The position numbers and the translations under genes are program-made. DNA of 64,000 nt from an uncultured Peptococcaceae bacterium (GTDB lineage: Bacteria > Bacillota > Dehalobacteriia > UBA7702). Of the stretch, positions 1-8,173 are shown piece by piece. A model generated the notes under the pieces. That model did no database searches, was not told the DNA's origin, and worked only from the letters and a program-made list of their open reading frames with translations. Every line of letters starts with the position of its first letter. Position 1 is the first letter of the stretch. The stretch covers positions 64,406-128,405 of the forward strand of contig CAZWWH010000001.1 of assembly GCA_964637365.1 (NCBI GenBank), read 5' to 3'.

Positions 1-171
1 TCTGATACGCCAAAAACCACTCACTGCGCCCATTTGATTCGCGACTCCTATCTGCCCTATGGCATTGAACTAAAACGGGGATTCCTTGTCACTCCCAAAG
101 ACATCGCCAACAGCGATGACTTTAATGTCATTCAGGTACGGGGTATGGATCCGATAACACTTTGGGAATGA
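1..171 (+). CDS. C-terminal fragment of a gene running off the left edge (open frame 1 to TGA at 169-171; ...VIQVRGMDPITLWE*); product unknown
   Basis: Frame 1 is open from position 1 to the stop at 169-171; a strongly AT-rich promoter-like region follows; no recognisable family from 56 aa. Confidence 0.25.
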   Translation, partial: SDTPKTTHCAHLIRDSYLPYGIELKRGFLVTPKDIANSDDFNVIQVRGMDPITLWE

Positions 172-463
172 AAACAGTAAATAATTCACTTCTGAGTCGC
201 TTTATTAATCCTTATATGATATATTAAAATAGAATATAATATAATATGACAAGTCTGAAAAAGTATCAAAGTATATTTTATTGTTAGTAATTACACTGAT
301 TCACTTTTCTTTGCCAGTAACCGCAAAATGTAATTGGGGAACAAACCGCCACGTTTCTGTACCGTTTCGCGAAACATAAAGGTTACAGCACAACAATGGT
401 CAACAGCTTATCTCAGTTTACAGATCGAAATACCATATCCGGCTATGCCGTCACCCCTATGAA

Positions 464-961
464 ATGGACCGTTGGCAATGGCATCATGTCAGGACGCAGC
501 GATACCATTTTGGCGCCGAAAAAAACGCTACAAGGGCGGAAATGGCAACAATGACCCAAGACTCCATGCCAGATTCGGGAAGTAAGCTCATGAAACAAAA
601 AACAGCTGTGACGATTTTAGGGATGAATTTGGGCTTATTGTTTCTGTTTGCCTTTTGGGATATCTTCATATCAAAGTCGCATCTTTACGAATGGCGCACC
701 CAGCCACACTTTCTGGTTTTTACCCTTCTCTGATTTGAATTGTTTTTCGGCCTCATTGCCGCAGGGATCTCTGGATTTCTGAGGGAGACCTTGTTTTATG
801 GCATATTCGCCATAATCTTCACGGTGCTCTCTTACATATCTGTCATAGGAATGATGAATATTCCGATGGAGCTTATTTATGTACTGACCATACTTCTGGA
901 TTCTTTTTTCAATAAAATCGCCGCTTCCTTCATTTTTTCGGGTATCTGGGGATCTGCATAG
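464..961 (+). other. Two small hydrophobic ORFs (464-733 and 740-961) in the same frame separated only by a TGA at 734-736; possible small membrane protein interrupted by a nonsense codon, or two membrane peptides
   Basis: 464 and 740 are both frame 2; the sequence ...TLL*FELFFGLIAAG... continues hydrophobic across the stop; both halves look like TM helices. Confidence 0.25.
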
Positions 962-1009
962 CCCCTTTGACCTTGAGAAAGGGATAAAATAATTTCACGG
1001 CAGCGATAA

Positions 1010-1045
1010 AAAGACCTCTATCCTAAGGATAAAGGTCTTTTTCTG
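1010..1045. terminator. Bidirectional intrinsic terminator between the + small ORFs and the convergent minus operon
   Basis: Imperfect hairpin aagacctctatcctaaggataaaggtctt flanked by an A-run and a T-run. Confidence 0.6.
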
Positions 1046-1049
1046 TAAG

Positions 1050-1364
1050 TTATTTTTCTTCAGGCCCATACCACATATGGCGAACCAAATTCACATTACC
1101 ATCGGATAAAAAGTCAACGCCTTCCATTTCCAACAGCAGCCTGTGGGTTTCCTTTCCCATGGGTTCAAAGGCATCGCTCAAGCCACCAAAACGGTTCACC
1201 ACACGATGGCAAGGGAGTTCCTTGGGGGCGGTATGCAGGGCGCAGCCCACAATTCTGGACATATGGGGATTTCCCAAAAGTCTGGCAATTTGCCCGTAGG
1301 TTGTAACTTTTCCAAAGGGAATCTGTGCGGTAATCTCATAAACCAATCGAAAGGTATTATTCAT
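1050..1364 (-). CDS. MGMT-family protein (methylated-DNA-[protein]-cysteine methyltransferase DNA-binding domain only, Ogt C-terminal-like)
   Basis: PCHRVV active-site motif and a 'TYGQIARLLG' helix-turn-helix; likely start MNNTF immediately after the TPM gene stop; the long ORF from 1439 would overlap the upstream gene. Confidence 0.7.
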   Translation of the reverse strand: MNNTFRLVYEITAQIPFGKVTTYGQIARLLGNPHMSRIVGCALHTAPKELPCHRVVNRFGGLSDAFEPMGKETHRLLLEMEGVDFLSDGNVNLVRHMWYGPEEK

Positions 1365-1374
1365 AGGCAATGAA

Positions 1375-2169
1375 TCAAAATTTTCCACCGCCGCCACCAT
1401 GGCTGGTACCGGAGGAACCCACATGGGTACTGCTTCCACCGTTATCCTTTGGTCGCGGCGTTTTAGCGACAGTAGTATACAGAAATAAATCGCTGGAAGA
1501 AGTTACATGAAAGCTGTCCTCCCTCATATAATTTCTGGCAGCGGGCTGACGTTTCACGGATTTCAGCTGGGCACGCAATGAAAACAGCACAATCAAAGCT
1601 ACAGCAAGCCCTACAGCCAAGGCAATACCAATGGTACGAAGATAGTCAGACGCGGTTGTCATATGATTTCCCTGGTCATAGGCTTCGCCCTTTTCCGCCT
1701 GTACTAAAAAGTCGTCACTTAACGTGGCAAAGTCCATAAAGGCGTCATAATATTGGCCGTCACTCAAAGAAGGCACCACCTGTTCGCCGATGTAGTCAAT
1801 GCCCCAATCAGTAAAGGCGGTGATGCCGAACCCCGTTGTGGAAATCCACCAGTCGCGGTCTTCCATACTGACGAGAAACAAAGCGCCGTCTTTATTTACC
1901 CCAGAGCCATAACCGTTATAATCATAAAAATCATCGGCAAATTCCATAGGCGTCTTCCCTTCACAGGAAGGTGTTGTAACCACCACCAAATCAAATTGGT
2001 GGGCAGTAGAGACCTGCTCTAAGGCTTCCGCAAGAGAAGCTTCCTCCTCAGTGGTCAAAAGGTCGGCGTTATCCACCACAGAAGGTGTTTCATCAGCGGA
2101 TACAGCCATAGATAACATTAACAAAACGCAAAGGAGACATCCGATAAAAATGGAAAAAAATCGTTTCAT
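1375..2169 (-). CDS. TPM-domain protein (YdjH/YgcG-like) with signal peptide, C-terminal TM helix and Gly-rich tail
   Basis: Signal peptide, TPM phosphatase-like core (..DLVVVTT..GALFLVSMEDRDWWISTT..), C-terminal TM and GGGGG tail; third gene of the SPFH operon. Confidence 0.6.
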   Translation of the reverse strand: MKRFFSIFIGCLLCVLLMLSMAVSADETPSVVDNADLLTTEEEASLAEALEQVSTAHQFDLVVVTTPSCEGKTPMEFADDFYDYNGYGSGVNKDGALFLVSMEDRDWWISTTGFGITAFTDWGIDYIGEQVVPSLSDGQYYDAFMDFATLSDDFLVQAEKGEAYDQGNHMTTASDYLRTIGIALAVGLAVALIVLFSLRAQLKSVKRQPAARNYMREDSFHVTSSSDLFLYTTVAKTPRPKDNGGSSTHVGSSGTSHGGGGGKF

Positions 2170-2181
2170 ACAGGCACCTCC

Positions 2182-3261
2182 TTACATTAGTAGCAGTCCA
2201 ATCGCAGAAGCGATGACCGAAACCCCAGCAAATACACCGGCAAACCAGCGAACAGCGGCGCCTTTATCCATGGGGAGATTTCCCACAAATTTTCCAGTTT
2301 GGCCATTCATCGCAAAGAGGTATTTTTCTCCGTTCCAGGAGGTATTAAGAATCCAAACAGGCAGCAATGCGTAATGAACGTCTCCTTTGGTCAAGGACAC
2401 CTGAGAGCTGCGAATGCCGACGGTTTCGTATCCCATAACTGTTTCCGCAAACAATTCCTCGGTACTGCGCTTAATACGCACATTTGCCCGATCCCTGCTT
2501 TCTTCAGCGGTCACATCATATTTATCCGCTAAATACCCGGCGAGATAAGCGGTTTGAAAATCCACTGCTTTGGAAAAATCAAAGGGCTCAATGGACTCCA
2601 TCAAATCATCGGGCATATGACTGGAACCATCCACAGGGACGTTATCGAACCCCACAGTTCCCCCTCTAGTTACCAGAAAATGAGAGGTTTCTACATAATT
2701 ATAATCACTGTCGCTCCAGGCACGGGTGCGAGTTGCATTGTAAGCAATATTAGCATCAGTATCACAATCAAAAAGCCAGAATGGAACGTAAATCCCTTTG
2801 ATTTCGTCAATGTGGTTTTCATCCTTAAAAACTTTCGGCAAAAGTTTTTTTCCTGACATATGATTTTTCAGAGCATTTTTGGCTGCCTCTTTGCTAATCT
2901 GAAAAGGAACTACCAAATCCGGCTTTAAAGTTCCGGAAAGCTTTGACCTCATCACCACAGGGCTGTCACAATAGGGGCATTGGGAAGCCGCGGTGTTTTC
3001 GTCTACGATGATTTCCCCGCCGCAGGATTGGCAAACATAGACGGTCATTGAGTCCTCTTCACCCTCATCCCACTGCCGTACATGTTCTTCATTCCAATCT
3101 AAAGTGTCTGTTCCCTGAACATTTAATACATCGTCGCAAGCCTTCAAAGTTTCTACATCAAATTCCGTATCACAGAAAGGGCACACCATCTTCTGGGCAT
3201 CGCTATTAAAACTGATAGCGCCGCCGCAGCATGGGCATTTATATTCCATTAAATCACTCAT
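2182..3261 (-). CDS. Zinc-ribbon protein (YdjG-like) with two N-terminal CxxC...CxxC ribbons and a C-terminal TM helix
   Basis: YKCPCCGG..CPFCDTEF and YVCQSCGG..CPYCDSPV ribbons; position between the SPFH and TPM genes mirrors B. subtilis ydjG-ydjH-ydjI. Confidence 0.55.
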   Translation of the reverse strand: MSDLMEYKCPCCGGAISFNSDAQKMVCPFCDTEFDVETLKACDDVLNVQGTDTLDWNEEHVRQWDEGEEDSMTVYVCQSCGGEIIVDENTAASQCPYCDSPVVMRSKLSGTLKPDLVVPFQISKEAAKNALKNHMSGKKLLPKVFKDENHIDEIKGIYVPFWLFDCDTDANIAYNATRTRAWSDSDYNYVETSHFLVTRGGTVGFDNVPVDGSSHMPDDLMESIEPFDFSKAVDFQTAYLAGYLADKYDVTAEESRDRANVRIKRSTEELFAETVMGYETVGIRSSQVSLTKGDVHYALLPVWILNTSWNGEKYLFAMNGQTGKFVGNLPMDKGAAVRWFAGVFAGVSVIASAIGLLLM

Positions 3262-3270
3262 AGGAACTCC

Positions 3271-4584
3271 TTATTTGATATCGTTCTCATCAAACCGGTC
3301 GCCACATTCAGGACAGAATTTTGGCGGATGATGAGGATCTTCCGGCTCCCAACCGCATTTATCGCAGCGATACAACGGCGCTCCTTGGGGCTTGGGACTG
3401 CCGCATTCGGAACAGAACTTGCCCTTGTTCACGACTCCGCAGGAACAAGTCCAACCTTGGTTTGCCGCAGGTTTGGGACTGCCGCATTCTACACAGAATT
3501 TACCCTCATTCACTGCGCCACAGGAGCAGGTCCACCCCTGGGATTGATGAGCACTCTGTGGTTGATTCGATTGCTGGCCCATAGCGAAAAGATTTTGTGC
3601 ATTGGAGCCGCCAGCCTGCTGGGCCATACCAAGGCCCATAAATCCCATCATGGCGCCGCTCTCATTGGCTGCCGCTGCTTTCATGGCATCGCTTTGGGCT
3701 CCTACCAAGGTCGCCGCCGCCATAGAGGGATCCCGCATAATGGCATTGCGCTGGGCCTGCTTGATCATATCTTCATCCTCAGGGCTAGCGGTCACAGAAT
3801 TCATCGCCATGGAGGCAATCGCAATCCCGCGGGTTTCCCGCCATTTAGGTGTTAAGACACTGTCCAGGGCCTCGGTAATCTCCACGGTATGACCGGGCAA
3901 AGCACTGTAACGAATCCCCATTTCGGAAATCTTCGCAAAGGCTGGCTGTAAGGCTGAAAGGAGCTCAGCTTTGAGCATACCGTCAATTTCTTCTCTGGGA
4001 TATTCCTGTTCCACGTTGCCACAAACATTGGTATAGAACAGCAGAGGATCAATGATTTTATAGGAATAGGTCCCGTTGCAACGGACAGAGATATCAATGT
4101 CCAGGCCAATATTGCGGTCTACCACACGGAAAGGAACGGGATTCGGCGTTCCATATTTATTATCAAGAATTTCCTTGGTATTGAAATAGTAAATACGCTG
4201 ATCCTTCCCGGTATCGCCGCCAAAGGTAAAACGTTTGCCAATGGTGCGAAAGGTATCCTTGATACCGTCACCCAAATTACCCGTAAAGATGCTGGGCTCG
4301 GTAGAGGTATCGTAAACAAACTCGCCGGCTTCAGCACAAACCTCTACAACCTTTCCTTGCTCCACAATAATCATACACTGGCCGTCGGCTACGGCAATAC
4401 CGCTGCCGCTGGAAATAATATTATCATTGCCTTTGGTATTGGAAGACCGACCGGAAACGCGTTTTTGCCCCTTGACTACCAATACGTCCTTATCAATGGA
4501 ATCACAATAGAAAAATTCTTTCCATTGATCTGCCAATGTGCCGCCGGCAGCGCCAAAGGCTGCTTTGAGAAGTCCCATATACAT
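3271..4584 (-). CDS. SPFH/band-7 domain protein (YdjI-like) with three C-terminal zinc-ribbon repeats
   Basis: SPFH-like core followed by a Gln/Ala/Met-rich linker and repeats QGWTCSCGAVNEGKFCVECGSPKP, QGWTCSCGVVNKGKFCSECGSPKP, YRCDKCGW..CPECG; first gene of a 4-gene minus-strand operon. Confidence 0.6.
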   Translation of the reverse strand: MYMGLLKAAFGAAGGTLADQWKEFFYCDSIDKDVLVVKGQKRVSGRSSNTKGNDNIISSGSGIAVADGQCMIIVEQGKVVEVCAEAGEFVYDTSTEPSIFTGNLGDGIKDTFRTIGKRFTFGGDTGKDQRIYYFNTKEILDNKYGTPNPVPFRVVDRNIGLDIDISVRCNGTYSYKIIDPLLFYTNVCGNVEQEYPREEIDGMLKAELLSALQPAFAKISEMGIRYSALPGHTVEITEALDSVLTPKWRETRGIAIASMAMNSVTASPEDEDMIKQAQRNAIMRDPSMAAATLVGAQSDAMKAAAANESGAMMGFMGLGMAQQAGGSNAQNLFAMGQQSNQPQSAHQSQGWTCSCGAVNEGKFCVECGSPKPAANQGWTCSCGVVNKGKFCSECGSPKPQGAPLYRCDKCGWEPEDPHHPPKFCPECGDRFDENDIK

Positions 4585-4963
4585 ACCCCTTTCAACTAAT
4601 AGAATTTATTATGCTTTCTGGATAGTCATGAAAAAAACGCCTTGCTTCGACATTTTATCGCTTATTTCTCCATAATAATTATTATACCATGATTGACAAC
4701 AATGTAACACAGTCTTTTATTTAAAATTGATTATTTTACATCGAAATATACTCATTTGCCATCATAAGGTTCCAATTCAGTCACAATGTATTGAAACGCT
4801 TCGACCACTTTTTTTTGAACAAGTTTTTCTATTATTTAACGAATAAAAATCTTTCGATAAAAACATGGCTTTCACGTACACTGTTTCTTGGGTGTCTACC
4901 GCAAGACATGATAAACACCGAAGTTCATTGACTTTTCAATATTCAGGCTCAATAAAAAACCAC

Positions 4964-5000
4964 CGTTTCAAGGAAAGTACCTGATAAACGGTGGTTTTCT
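4964..5000 (-). terminator. Intrinsic terminator downstream of tRNA-Gly
   Basis: aaaaccaccgttt...aaacggtggtttt hairpin with flanking T/A runs. Confidence 0.7.
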
Positions 5001-5003
5001 TTT

Positions 5004-5077
5004 TGGAGCGGGTGAAGGGAATCGAACCCTCGTAACTAGCTTGGAAGGCTAGGGCTCTACCATTGAGCTACACCCGC
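5004..5077 (-). tRNA. tRNA-Gly (anticodon UCC), CCA encoded
   Basis: The minus-strand sequence GCGGGTGTAGCTCAATGGTAGAGCCCTAGCCTTCCAAGCTAGTTACGAGGGTTCGATTCCCTTCACCCGCTCCA folds as a cloverleaf: 7 bp acceptor stem, D stem GCTC/GAGC, anticodon stem CTAGC/GCTAG with loop CTTCCAA, T-loop TTCGATT. Confidence 0.85.
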
Positions 5078-5128
5078 TTAACAGATATATATTATATCTC
5101 TTTTTTTCGTTTTGGTCAAGTGCTTTTT

Positions 5129-5728
5129 TTATAATTCACCGACGTCGACCATCTGTTTCACGATGTCCTTAAAAGCACGGCCACGGTGACTGATTTTGTT
5201 TTTTTCCTCCATGGTCAGTTCCGCAGTGGTTTTACCATAAGACTCCAAATAAAACAGCGGGTCATAGCCGAAGCCCCCGTCGCCCCGATATTCAAAAAGC
5301 AACTCTCCTTCAATAACCCCTTCGCTGAAAAACTTCCGACCATCTGGAAATACCAGCGCCAGGGAGGCTCGAAACTGGGCCTGACGCTGTCCCACAGGCA
5401 CATCTCTCATGGCGTCGAGGAGCTTTTGATTGTTTGATTCCGATGTAGCGTTTTCTCCGCTGTAACGGGCGGAATACACACCGGGCGCGCCCTTTAAGGC
5501 ATCCACTGTAATGCCGCTATCATCAGCCAGAGCTGGAATCCCGCTATAATCCACAGCGGCCTTTGCTTTAATATATGCGTTTTCCTGAAAGGTAGTACCG
5601 GTTTCCTCCGGCGCCTCAAAGGCCGGGAAATCTTTCATAGTAAGGATCTCCACATCATAGGGAGCAATCAGGGACACCAGCTCTTTGACTTTTCCTTGAT
5701 TACCCGTGGCAAAAAAAAGTTTTTTCAT
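5129..5728 (-). CDS. rdgB: dITP/XTP pyrophosphatase (RdgB/Ham1 family)
   Basis: Ham1 motifs (ATGNQGKVKE, ..SARYSG.., FGYDPLF); conserved rph-rdgB pairing; start taken at MKKLFFATGN. Confidence 0.85.
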   Translation of the reverse strand: MKKLFFATGNQGKVKELVSLIAPYDVEILTMKDFPAFEAPEETGTTFQENAYIKAKAAVDYSGIPALADDSGITVDALKGAPGVYSARYSGENATSESNNQKLLDAMRDVPVGQRQAQFRASLALVFPDGRKFFSEGVIEGELLFEYRGDGGFGYDPLFYLESYGKTTAELTMEEKNKISHRGRAFKDIVKQMVDVGEL

Positions 5729-5739
5729 ACCGCACCTCG

Positions 5740-6456
5740 TCAATTGTTTTGCTTTAAAAAGGCCTCGTCAATGCCGAAGATTTGCTCAATCCCCTTCTGG
5801 GCCATGGCCAATAATTCATTTAATTGGGCTGGAGAAAAATCACTATTTTCGCCAGTGCCCTGGATTTCGACAAAATTGCCTTGTCCCGTCATCACCACAT
5901 TCATATCCACATCAGCTTTGCTGTCCTCTGCATATTCCAAATCCAAAGACGCCTCGCCGCCCACGAGGCCCACACTAATCGCGGCGATTTTGTTTTTCAG
6001 AATTTTCGGATTCCAGCGTAGCTTTTGGGCTGCCAAGGCCAGAGCCAACCAAGCGGAGCTGATGGCGGCAGTCCGTGTACCGCCATCGGCCTGAATTACT
6101 TCACAATCAATTTTAATGGTGTGTTCCCCCAACAGCTCCAAATCCACGGCCTGACGCAGGCTGCGGCCAATGAGACGCTGAATTTCCACAGTACGTCCGG
6201 TTTGTTTCCCCCTAGCGGCTTCACGATCACTGCGGGTCAAAGTAGAAGCAGGCAGCAAGGCGTATTCTGCTGTCAGCCATCCTTTACCGGAATCTCGTAA
6301 AAACGACGGAACTCCCTCCTCTACGGTCACAGCCGTCAGAACCCGAGTGTCGCCCTGACTCCAGAGAACTGAGGAAACAGCGTATTTTTGCAAACCCGTT
6401 TCAATTTTAATGGAACGGATATCATCTAAGGCTCTTTGGCCTCTGTACTGATTCAT
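5740..6456 (-). CDS. rph: Ribonuclease PH
   Basis: RNase PH core ([14 protein letters not shown].., [12 protein letters not shown]..); start taken at [12 protein letters not shown], which removes the overlap with the upstream gene. Confidence 0.9.
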   Translation of the reverse strand: MNQYRGQRALDDIRSIKIETGLQKYAVSSVLWSQGDTRVLTAVTVEEGVPSFLRDSGKGWLTAEYALLPASTLTRSDREAARGKQTGRTVEIQRLIGRSLRQAVDLELLGEHTIKIDCEVIQADGGTRTAAISSAWLALALAAQKLRWNPKILKNKIAAISVGLVGGEASLDLEYAEDSKADVDMNVVMTGQGNFVEIQGTGENSDFSPAQLNELLAMAQKGIEQIFGIDEAFLKQNN

Positions 6457-6469
6457 AATTACCCCCCTA

Positions 6470-7777
6470 TTAGTCTTCATCAGGCTCATCAATGGACTCT
6501 TGAACCACTTCAACACGAATAATGCGCCGATTTTCCATTTCACGCACAATGAATGTCATATTTTGATAGGAAATTTTATCTCCAGTGGAAGGAATGCGGT
6601 CAAAGAGCTCCAGCAAAAATCCGCCTACAGTGTCATATTCGGGTACATCGCCAACGTTGAGATCAATACGGTCGGCAAAAACGTCAATGGGCAAAGCACC
6701 GTCCACCAAATAATGACCTTGGGATAATTCCACAAATTCCTCTTCATCATCGTGGAGATATTCGTCATCCATCCGGCCAACGATGACCGCAAAAATATCA
6801 CTGAGGGTCACGATGCCAGAGGTTCCACCATGCTCATCAATGACTACGGCAATTTTCGTTTTCTTTTTCTGGAACATACGAAGAAGTTTCCCCGCGGAAA
6901 TTCCTTCGGGAACCGCTTCCAAGGGACGAATTTTCAGCGCACTTTTATCGCTGCCGGGAGGCAGAGTAAATAAATCCTTAATATGGACAAACCCAATAAT
7001 ATTATCCTTTTCCTCACTGCAAACGGGAAACCGGGTATATTTGTACTGATTGACAACCTTTAAATCTTCTTCCAAGGGATCTTCCAAATAGAGACAAACC
7101 ATGTCGGTGCGAGGAGTCATGATCGCTTCAGCGTCTTTATCGCCTAAATCAAAAATATTATCCATATAGCGATATTGCTGGGGATCCAACAGACCGCTAT
7201 CGCTGCTTTCCGCCATCAGAAGCTTAATTTCCTCATCAGTATAAGCCTGATTCTCTTCTGTGGATTTATGACCCATTAGACGCATAGCGCCATTGGTAAC
7301 AGCATTAAAAAGTAACATGATAGGGTACGTCAGACGGTAAAACCAAACCAACAACGGCGCCGACCGCAAGGCCCAGCGTTCTGTTTTTAAAATCGCCAAG
7401 GATTTGGGGATCAACTCACCCACCACAATATGAAAGGCCGTAATAATGATAAAGCCAATGGCCACAGCAATGGTGGAAATCACGGCTTCACTTAAACCAA
7501 ATTTTGAAAGCAGTGGACGAATCAAATCGGAAACCGCAGGTTCTCCCAACCACCCTAGGGCCAGAGACGCCAGGGTAATACCCAACTGACAGGCGGATAA
7601 ATAGGCGTTCACATTGGCGGAAACCAACTGGGCGTATTTCGCCCCGGCAACGCCATTGGCTACCAACATATCTACCTGGGATTTGCGCACGCGAACCAGG
7701 GAAAATTCCGCCACAACGAAAAAGGCGTTCATTAATAAAAAGAAAACAACTAAAAGCAAACTAATGGCAATCGACAT
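6470..7777 (-). CDS. HlyC/CorC family transporter (CNNM/DUF21 TM domain, CBS pair and CorC_HlyC C-terminal domain)
   Basis: N-terminal 4-TM DUF21, two CBS-like segments, C-terminal transporter-associated domain; 435 aa. Confidence 0.85.
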   Translation of the reverse strand: MSIAISLLLVVFFLLMNAFFVVAEFSLVRVRKSQVDMLVANGVAGAKYAQLVSANVNAYLSACQLGITLASLALGWLGEPAVSDLIRPLLSKFGLSEAVISTIAVAIGFIIITAFHIVVGELIPKSLAILKTERWALRSAPLLVWFYRLTYPIMLLFNAVTNGAMRLMGHKSTEENQAYTDEEIKLLMAESSDSGLLDPQQYRYMDNIFDLGDKDAEAIMTPRTDMVCLYLEDPLEEDLKVVNQYKYTRFPVCSEEKDNIIGFVHIKDLFTLPPGSDKSALKIRPLEAVPEGISAGKLLRMFQKKKTKIAVVIDEHGGTSGIVTLSDIFAVIVGRMDDEYLHDDEEEFVELSQGHYLVDGALPIDVFADRIDLNVGDVPEYDTVGGFLLELFDRIPSTGDKISYQNMTFIVREMENRRIIRVEVVQESIDEPDED

Positions 7778-8120
7778 TCCAATTCTCCTTTAAACTGTTC
7801 ATATCACATTTAAGTCTCCAGGGCAGTAAATTTTCAAGTTCCCAGAGATAGATTTTAGCAATTTACATAAAAAAAGACGCAACTCAATATGGAAGCAGGC
7901 TTGCTCCCCGTTGCGAACTTAATCTGCCATATTTTTATGAACAACCGGTGACTTCGATAAAGGAACTTCGTCCAAGAATCATTCTCCTTTCACACTTTAT
8001 CAATTAACTACTGTTATAGTATAACAGAACCAAGGAAATTATCAAGGATATTTTCAAGTTTTTCCAGATTAACCTCCAAATATTCACAATAAAAACATAT
8101 TTTAGTTTTTTCATACCATT

Positions 8121-8155
8121 GAAAAGGTCCAAGAGACAATCTCTTGGACCTTTTT
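8121..8155. terminator. Bidirectional intrinsic terminator
   Basis: Perfect hairpin ggtccaagagacaatctcttggacc flanked by gaaaa and ttttt. Confidence 0.8.
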
Positions 8156-8173
8156 AGCTGTTAAGAACGTCTT

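Noticed and set aside
734-736. TGA as a selenocysteine codon joining the two small membrane ORFs
   Set aside because: No SECIS-like hairpin immediately downstream and no selenoprotein family context; a nonsense pseudogene or two separate peptides is more parsimonious.
1143-1373. 76 aa + ORF and 1753-2022 + ORF
   Set aside because: Antisense within the MGMT-domain and TPM genes; spurious.
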